From: Octopus vulgaris
Lineage: Eukaryota
Length of the DNA stretch: 64,000 nucleotides
Direction of reading: 5' to 3'
Assembly (NCBI GenBank): GCA_951406725.2
Contig: OX597817.1
Span: 142,290,001-142,354,000 of the forward strand
Below are positions 54,551 to 64,000 of this stretch, piece by piece; within the stretch, counting starts at the first letter, position 1, and the number at the start of each line of letters is the position of its first letter. Made by a program: the position numbers and the translations under genes. Under the pieces are notes generated by a model, which saw nothing but the letters and a program-made list of their open reading frames with translations, was not told the origin of the DNA and ran no database searches.

Positions 54551-56372
54551 ACGCTCACATGCACAAATGGACACACTTTTTTTGAATTCATATAAACATA
54601 CACCCCAACCTGTATGCACATACACACACGTCCTACACACACGCACATATACATACAGAGGCTGTCTACGTAACTTCATTACTCAGTTAATCTTTTGTTT
54701 TGGTATATAAATAAAAGCACAACATTTATATATTAATGAATAAACTCTCTTGTTATGTAAGGCCATTTATAAACTCAATAAATGTAACAATAATAAATAC
54801 AGCTTTGTATGGAAAACATTCCTCTCCCACAAATTAAAGTCTGTAAATCTGTCTAAAATGTTTACTACAGAAAACCGAACATTCTATCAAGGGGATTAAG
54901 TGTTCAATTCATTTTTATTTTTACTTTGTATTTGTAAATTTTATTTGAAGATACAACAGAACATAAATATGATTTGGAAAGCGATCAAATGTCCTTCTGC
55001 TAACAACTTAATACAATCGTTTGAAGTCGATTCATTCTTCATGATCAAAAAATATTAAATTTCGAAGAAATATCAACCCATTCCAGAAAGAGCTTAGAAA
55101 TAAGATTTTAAAAAAAAGAAAGCTGTTTAAAACAAGCAAAAGACATTTTTTAGAGCGTTGATATGAACTTATCAAACTAGTTTCAGAAATAACTTTGGAA
55201 CAAAATTAAAAAGTTGAAAACGAACAGCATCGCTTTTTGTTATTTCAGATGAAAGGAAACAGCTTATATATATTATCAACAAACTTACTATCGATCATTA
55301 ATCTATATGAAATCAAATTCTGCCATATTAAACGATATCAATACTTCTGCTAAAACATGGCCACTTTACTAGATTCAGCTAACAGAGCCATTCACAGGTA
55401 TCACAAGATTTATACTTTAAATTTATGAACCTTATACTGAATTTCAACAAATGGAATTGGACTAAACTCACTAACGCTCCCTTATTTAGGTATCATAATT
55501 AAAAACGTATTAAGGTCCAATAGCTCTCAAGTCTTTGGCATCTTTGCTATAATAAAACAACCTCTTATCAATTTGTTATGAGTATGTAACTTTTACTAAA
55601 GGACAACAGTTATTAAAGTCACCACTGATAAGATAATTATTAAAAATATCTAACTTTTAACATTCATTTATTTTTCTCTTTATCAAAACGTGGCTTTCAA
55701 ATCATTGAAGATTTCATTAACACGAATGAATCTGAAAACTAAATCTAATTCACTGCAACATTGCCTATGTTAACACTGCGAGAGAGTTGGCATTTTAAAG
55801 TAATTATATCCTTTCCTCTCCGACATTTCTCTCTCATACATATTATACCAATGACACAATTTTTAAATATTTATATTTTGTTTGAACTTCCAGAAATATA
55901 AAAGTTATCTAAATATTTCCAACGCTTGGTTCCACAAACATATCAGTGAAAACATTTCACCAAATTGTAAGTTTAATCCAGCTTTAGCCAAATATTGTTT
56001 ATTTTAGTAACCTTTCATATTTGGGTTTTTTTGAAGAAATAGAAAGCTAAAGAGGAAAATGGTTTTAATTCACTTACATCAATTCTACCAAATAATAACT
56101 TATGTTATTTACTTTCATCTAAAGTATTTGGCTGTTGAGTAGAATGTTTTTTTTTTAACCATCATTATAGGAGACCGTTACCGCACTTCAAAAGGACTAT
56201 AACATGATTTTTTTCTCTCATATATATTTCTGATAGGTAATTCTTTTCCTGAGATCTCCGCAGTTCGTGTTGTCGGAATTAACAGGAATACAAAAAAAAA
56301 GAAAAAATATTTTCTACATCTGTACATCTGTAATCAGTTTACGTTGCTTATTAATACTAAAATGTACAAATA

Positions 56373-56424
<52 letters not shown>

Positions 56425-56490
56425 GTATGCATGTATGTATGTATGTTTTTTTTTTTTTTTTATATGTATGATTAGTATGTTATATATATG

Positions 56491-56918
<428 letters not shown>

Positions 56919-56944
56919 ATATATATAAATTTCGGGTGTATATA

Positions 56945-56997
<53 letters not shown>

Positions 56998-57921
56998 CAG
57001 ACTTCAAGTAATAAAGAAAATCCGTCGTATACATACAGGCTAGGTGAGGAGTCACAGATTCTGTGGAGCTGTTCACTAGGTCTTTCTGGTATATTTATAG
57101 CAGTTGTACAGTCATAATTACGGACATAAATACGAACGTAGTAGATGTGTATTTTTTTAATGAACGACTAATGAATCAGCCGATAGCCTGCAGGATGCAT
57201 CAATGCCTGGGTTAGGATCTCCAGTGTAGATAGGCGTAACTTTTCTGCGTTTTCGTCCCTTGGTGAAGGATACTTATTGAGAGACGCAAATCAGTACCTT
57301 TCTCACTTTAAGCGGTATACAATGGCTCAGGGGTATCCCAGTCATGTTGGTAACAAGTGTGGCACTGTGTTTATAAAAAGTAGGGAGGTAAGGTGTGGTT
57401 ATTATTTTAGTCAACGATCACCCTAATTCATGCCCGCTACGCTCTGAGAAATTTTGTGAAATAAGGAGAAGCTGGTTAATAGGATTTCTGAAATACTCTC
57501 AAGATATTTGCATGCTACAAAATTCACTTTCGCACAATTCAACGGACATGAATTAGAGACAGACCACGAATGTGTGGGCTTTTCTACTTCCATATCTACG
57601 AACGGTTATATATAATACTTTTTTCGCTGTATATATTTCTTTTTGTATCTCGTATTTGTTACACATCTTCTATAAGGCTGAAGCTGTATACCTTAATATT
57701 ATATTTTAATATACGAAAATCAAGAAGAAATCTTGAGAAACAGAGCTTATTTTAACGAGCTACTCCTTGACATCACCTGTGGAGAGACACCTACACCGAG
57801 GGATACACCTAAAACAAATGTCTATTGTCCCACCTTCAATGCTAAATGAGTCGAAACAATTGTATAGACCGATAAATATCCTCGTCTCTTCCATATTCGT
57901 CTGTCGTAAATCGAATATATA

Positions 57922-58478
57922 CAGTGTGGCCCAAAAGTAGGTTTACAGTTATTCACCAATCTCTTTCGCATTCATATATTAACAGCTTAGATCTTGATTA
58001 TAAAAAAATATGAAACCATTATTCAGCAAAATGGAGCAATTCCACATTATGCGTGGATAGTAAGAGACCACCTTAAACCAAGCCTTTCCACGCGTTGGTT
58101 TGAAAGACGGGGCAGCATCGAATTGCCACCACCTTCACCAATGGATTTCTTTTTGGCGGGTGTTGTAAAGAACAAGGTTTATGAGAAGAATCTCAAAACA
58201 GTAAATGAATTAAAAGATTACATTTCTGACGCATTCACTTAAATTGATGGCGATCGGAATTTGTCCTACACTGTGATGTCAGAGTGTTCTGAAGAGGTTT
58301 GAAGAATGTTGCAATGTTGAAGGAGGACATTTCGAGCATCTGAGTGATTAAACATTGTCTGTTTAAGATGTGCATAAACAATATGATTGTAAGATAGAAA
58401 ATTAAATACAATAAAATATTTCAAAAGAATTTTAAAGTGCCTACGTGATAACGGTAAACCTACTTTTGGGCCACCCTG
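57922..58478 (+). mobile_element. Internally deleted Tc1/mariner-superfamily element (rosa/maT-like)
   Basis: TA TSDs. TIRs CAGTGTGGCCCAAAAGTAGGTTTAC / GTAAACCTACTTTTGGGCCACCCTG. Transposase remnant QQNGAIPHYA...RWFERRGSIELPPPSPMDFFLAGVVKNKVY. Confidence 0.92.
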
Positions 58479-58574
58479 TACGTATATATATGAATGTGTA
58501 TGTGTGCATTTTTATGTGTGTGTATGTATGTATGCACGTATTTATATACATAAATATATATTTACGTGCGCGCG

Positions 58575-58795
58575 TGTGTGTGTGTGTGTCTTTCAGGCTG
58601 TGTCTGTCCCTCACTACCGCTTGACAACCGGTGTTGGTGTGTTTACGTCCACGTAACTCAGCGGTTCCGCAAAAGTTATAAACAAAATAGGTACGACGCT
58701 TAAAAAAATGACTGGGATCGATTCCTTGGACAAAAATTCTTCAAAACGGTGCCCTAACATGGCCGCAGTCTTGTGACTGAAACAAGTAAGTGGTA
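58575..58795 (+). mobile_element. Family-A SINE 3' half
   Basis: GCTTGACAACCGGTGTTGGTGTGTTTACGTCC...CATGGCCGCAGTC...GACTGAAACAAGTAA. Confidence 0.8.
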
Positions 58796-58987
58796 AATTC
58801 AGAAACTAAGAAAACTTTTGAATCACACCATCGCTTATGTCGTTTAGAAGTTTCCTTTGAACCCGCGTGTTTCCGAGTTCGATTCCATTGCGCAGCTGCT
58901 AGTTACTGTATTATAGACCCCGGTCGACTCACAACTAACGACTGAAATTTGAGAAGTGAAAATAGTACGGAGGCCCTTTCATATATG

Positions 58988-59019
<32 letters not shown>

Positions 59020-59191
59020 ATGATTCGCCATGATACATCGCTAGCCACTAAACCTTTTTCTATTTTCTCTCCCTGTTTCTTTCACTGTTCCTTTCTGTCG
59101 AAGAGAGGAGGCTCGAAACGTCAAAGACTTTCTCACTTCCCGAGCGTTAAACTAATACATCTGTTTGTTGTTTACACACCCGTCTTCGTTC

Positions 59192-59236
<45 letters not shown>

Positions 59237-59441
59237 CGTGTGCGTTCGTATGGACGTGTGTGTACGTGTACATATGCGTGAGTATGGGATTTTGTGTGTG
59301 TGTGTGTGCATTATAAGCCTACGCGTATCAGTGGAATATAAATTGCATAAAATCCTGGGGATTACGAACCGCGTCCCTACTATATATATGTTAGTGTATG
59401 TCTATATATATATATATGTGTGTGTGTATCAGTGTGTGCAT

Positions 59442-59538
<97 letters not shown>

Positions 59539-59954
59539 TGTGTGTGCATACATATATATTATTTCTATAAATATATTATTCTGCAGAATACAAACAACTT
59601 TTTTTAATCCCATATGTGGAAAAAGACAAAAAAAGACGAGGGTCATGAAACACGTCAATCAAGAATGAAAAGAGAAGTCAACAACAGTAAAACAACAACA
59701 ACAACTTAACAAGCAGATTAACGATCAGGTGTAAATTTTTAAAAACTATTTCAAACAAACCTAGGCCTACGCAAACCTAGGTCTCCCCTATCGCCTGAGA
59801 GCCTGTGTTAGAAGAACACGACGTAAATGTCATTGATTTGGCGGGGGTAAATTCTCGGATCGAAAAATCCCACTAAAGCGATATACAGCCGTCAATCCAC
59901 ATTTATATACGTATCTATCTATTTATATACATATATATATACATACGTATATAC

Positions 59955-59989
<35 letters not shown>

Positions 59990-60117
59990 CATACACATAC
60001 ATATACACAAACACTCACACACACATATGTATGTATATATGTATATCTTTATATATCTGTCTGTCTATCTACCTATGTATCTATATATGCATATATACAA
60101 ACATACATACATACATA

Positions 60118-61036
60118 CATCATCATCATCATCGTTTAATGTTCGTTTTCCATGCTAGCATGGGTTGGACGGTTCAAATGGGGTCTGGTAAGCCAGAAGG
60201 CTGCGGCAGGTCCAGTCTGATCTGGCAGTGTTTCTACAGCTGGATGCCCTTCCTAACGCCAACCACTCCGGGAGTGTAGTGGGTGCTTATTATGTGCCAC
60301 CTGCACAGGTGCCAGACGAGGCTGGCAAACGGCCACGATCGGATGGTGCTTTTTACGTGCCACCGGCACGGGGGCCAGACGAGGCTGGCAACGGCCACGA
60401 TCAGATGGTGTATTTACTTGCCACCGGCACAGAGGCCAGTTGGGGCGGCGCTGGCAACGGCCACGTTCGGATGGTTCTCTTACGTGCCACCGGCACTGGT
60501 ATCTTATCTACAATTTCTATTGATGTTGAACGCTTTCCATTTCAATTTTCACTTGCCTCAACAAGTCTTCACAAGTAGGGTTTGTGCCACAGGAAGGAAA
60601 GGTATGCATAAGTGGGCTGGCTACATCCCAGGTAGCGGCCACGGGTTATGGTCTCACTTGTCCTGCCGGTTCTTCCCATGCAGAGCATACTTCCAAAGGT
60701 CTCAGTCTCTGGTCATTTCCTCGGTGAGACCTAAAGTTCGAAGGTCGTTCTTCACCACCTCGTCCCAGGTTTTCCTGGGTCTACCTCTTCCACAGGTTCC
60801 CTCAACCGCCAGGGTGTGGCACTTTTTCACACAACTATCTTCATCCATTCTTGCTACATGACCATACCAGCGCAAACGCCTCTCTTGCACACCACAACTG
60901 ATGCTTCTTAGGTCCAACTTTTCTCTCAAGGTACTTACACTCTGTCGAGTATGAACACTGACATTACACATCCATCGGAGCATACTGGCTTCATTTCTTG
61001 CGATCTTACGCATATCCTCAGCAGTCACGGCCCAAG
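60118..61036 (-). mobile_element. RTE-clade LINE, 5'-truncated, with a long 3' region ending in (GAT)n
   Basis: ORF 60702-61028: EASMLRWMCNVS...QERRLRWYGHVARM...GRGRPRKTW, the RTE C-terminal signature. About 62-bp subrepeats at 60290-60500. (CAT)n at 60118-60132. Confidence 0.88.
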
Positions 61037-61145
61037 TTATATATACACATATATAACACGGCCCAAGTTATATATATACATATATACATATATATAAATA
61101 TATATATATAACATCATATATATATATATATGATATATATGTATG

Positions 61146-61197
<52 letters not shown>

Positions 61198-61267
61198 TGT
61201 GTATGTATGTATATATATATGTATATACATACATATATATGTATTATATGTATACACACACACACAT

Positions 61268-61321
<54 letters not shown>

Positions 61322-61459
61322 GCATCGAGCGAGCTCGCAGAATCGTTACCACGCTGGACAAAAGGTTTAGCAGAATTTTGTACGTCGCTACTTTCTCAGT
61401 TCTAATTCTGCCGAGGTCGACCCTTGCCCTTCATTCTTTCGGAGTCGAGAAAATAAGTA

Positions 61460-62387
61460 TTGGGCCATCACATAAATAATGCAGAATTTTTTCAATTGCA
61501 TGAATTAAAGGTTGGAGTAGGGACGAGATAAACTACCTGCATCAACTTGCTAGAAAAGCAGGTAGTAATTTTTATTTGGTCCTTATTCTTAGTGCAAGTT
61601 TTGAAAAGTGCAGTTCGATTTTAACTGTTATTGTTTCAAAGCAATAATGGAAGTGACAAAGGAGCATATTCGGCATATTTTGTTTTATGAGTTCTATAAA
61701 GACAATACAACGGAAAGTGCGAGGAATATTAATGCAGTATATGGGGATCAGACAATAAGCGTAAGCCAGTGTCAACGGTGGTTCCAAATATTCCGAGTTG
61801 GAAACTACAGCCTAGGAGACAAATCTCATTCTGAAAGATTTGTAGAGCTCGACAAAGACGTCTCGCAAACCCTGGTGGACCAAAATATCATCGTAACTGT
61901 TGAGGAACTAGCAGAGAAGCTTGGAATTGGTAATTCAATCATTCGTCAACACCTGCATGCCATCGGAAGTCAGCAAATTGGGTCAAAGGGTTCTTCACAA
62001 ACTTTCCGAGGCTAATCGCGCGGCCACATATAGCGAGGATGACATTCCAGAAACTAGAGCAGTTTGAATGGGGTACGATGCCCCAACTGCCATATTCGCA
62101 GGACATTGTCCTATTTGATTATCATTTATTCTGCAATCTTCAAGATTATTTGGACGGAAAAAATATGCATTCTGTAGACGAGGTCAGAACAGTAGTGGAG
62201 GAGTATTTTTCGTCACGGATAAGTGAATTTTGGAAGAGGCGCCTTGCAAGTCTACCAGAAAGATGGAAGAGCATTGTAGAAAATGAAGGAGAGTATATTT
62301 TAGATTTCCCCAAAAAACTTTGTTTATCTTCATTTTGAAAAATAACAGAAGTATAAATAAAACCGCGTTCTTTATGGGATGACCTAA
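61460..62387 (+). mobile_element. Mariner (Mos1/Hsmar-like DD34D) transposon, internally deleted, inserted in a family-B SINE
   Basis: TA TSDs. TIRs TTGGGCCATCACATAAATAATGC / GCGTTCTTTATGGGATGACCTAA. MEVTKEHIRHILFYEF...CQRWFQIFRVGNYSL (HTH) and PYSQDIVLFDYHLF (YSPDLAPSD motif). Confidence 0.93.
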
Positions 62388-62559
62388 TACAATTGAACGC
62401 CTTGATCCATCACCCGAAAGTGCTGGCCTTGTGCCAAATTTTGAAATTAATACATGTGTGTGTGTGTAATATAAAATGGTGTACTCTTCCGTCGAAGCAC
62501 AAATGATTTGTTTATTATGAGCAAATGTGTATATTGTACAACAGGTCACTCGTCCCATC

Positions 62560-63747
62560 AAATCGATATTTCCTGAACATGTGCACAATTCCCACCGACG
62601 AAGTTCCGGGACATTCCGGTATTGTGTTACCAACTGCCGGCAATGTCTTGTTTCCATTTTTTTCCCTCTGACTGGATCCATAGAGTCAAAATTGCCTTTG
62701 ACCCGACCTAATCAGCCACAGGTAGTAATTCAACATTAAGGAGCTTAGTGCCGCATCCACCCAAACCCCGCCGGATAGTGTGCTCTATTCAGCCTGGTTT
62801 TAAATTCGGTGGCAATTCACAAACCCAAGCTCGTGTCAGTTTCCTCCCACAATACGTGAGAAGAAACAAAATTTTATTGCCCTCCAGGGGTTGGCTCGCA
62901 AAAATGCGAGCCTCTTCCGGTGTGTCAAATAGCAACGAAATCATCGCATATCCGTCACCCCGGGCAATAAACTTCACAGTTGGTAGATAGTCCTCAAACT
63001 CTTCTTCTATTACTTCTTTGGAGAACACGAATATGTTCTCAACACCACCGTCTTCTCCTCTTGTTGTTTAATCCACTCTTTCAGTGGGATAATCTCCCAC
63101 TCCATGGCATTCTTTTCCACTATGCTTTTTTTAAAAAAAAGTTGTCTTATTAGTTCAACAAAAAATATGAAAAGTAAAGAATTAAAAACAAAATATAAAA
63201 AAACAATTAAAAAGAAGACAAGAGAAAAACATAAAGACAGAAAAGATAAGAAGAAATGAAAAAACAGTTCAGCACAACGACAGTTCTTTGCGCTGTGATA
63301 GTTCAAATCACTGCAACAGCTTCTTCAAAAAGTTAAATTCCGGCCAACCGGTACTCCTGGCCCCTTGTAGTTTCCAAAAAAGGCATTCCAGTCGAGTCGG
63401 GAACACAGTAGCAGAAACAAAATTTAATTTATCATTAAATGGTAATTACACAACAAAGAACATTTTTTCACAGCAGCAAAAAAAAGTCCACAGTTTATGG
63501 CGGCAGAGGATCCGCCCACCGAAATAATTCACTGAAAAGTGAACAATTTTGCCCAAATGTAGGCAGACCAGAGTCCAGAATCCAGTGAGGATTTCTTGTT
63601 TGTACAAAATATAATACAGCAAACAACAAACCGTACTGGACCCAAAAATCAAAAGTCTTCTTTTTCAATCAATATTTCGCCAGCTGTACAACAGCGTGGC
63701 GACTTCTGAAGTGTAAGAACAGCACTGACACAACCGGAAGCGGACGC
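62560..63747 (-). mobile_element. Probable LINE (L1/Tx1-like) 5' region with a decayed ORF1
   Basis: Frameshifted reading frame MEWEIIPLKEWIKQQEEKTVVLRTY / FSKEVIEEEF...FDTPEEA...RKLTRAWVCELPPNL resembles an RRM-type ORF1, followed by a degenerate Cys/His knuckle. It is preceded by a long T-rich leader. Confidence 0.5.
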
Positions 63748-64000
63748 ATGCTTCTTACCACACAGTCACATCTGCGCCTATTCGATTAATGAATTATTTA
63801 TTATATTAATTATCCCGCATAATTAATTATATCTATATAATATTAATCATATAGATTACAACATATATTAGTTATATTGATTATCCGATATCATTATGGT
63901 ATGTACTAAATATATTGACCGGACACACATTAATTACAATACTCCATATATTAATTATACTAATTAAACATTATCGCCATTGTATCAGTTATACTAATCA

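Noticed and set aside
61608-62338. SETMAR-like host gene
   Set aside because: Only transposase remnants between TIRs are present. There is no SET domain, and the catalytic region is largely deleted and frameshifted.

Overview
AT-rich, microsatellite-saturated eukaryotic non-coding DNA (intergenic or intronic). The SINE families and repeat landscape look like those of an octopus or other cephalopod; this is inference from pattern recognition, with no database search. I found no intact host protein-coding gene, and almost all listed ORFs are microsatellite artefacts. The window holds many tRNA-derived SINEs, decayed Tc1/mariner, hAT and Helitron DNA transposons, R4/Dong-, RTE-, CR1/L2- and L1/Tx1-like LINE fragments, and palindromic MITE-like elements. 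The outstanding feature is a near-identical head-to-tail array of 7 units of 484 bp plus a 61-bp partial unit (20842-24288), inserted in a (TA)n tract. Each unit carries a complete type I hammerhead ribozyme on the + strand (CUGAUGA...GAAA...GUC, with a long G·U-rich helix II) and is otherwise a series of G·U-containing hairpins. This is the architecture of a non-LTR retrozyme, predicted to release 484-nt self-cleaved and possibly circular RNAs. Collinear fragments of the same family recur in another (TA)n tract at about 56.6-56.9 kb. A separate tRNA-headed SINE has a hammerhead-like Penelope-type tail at about 51.8-52.0 kb.
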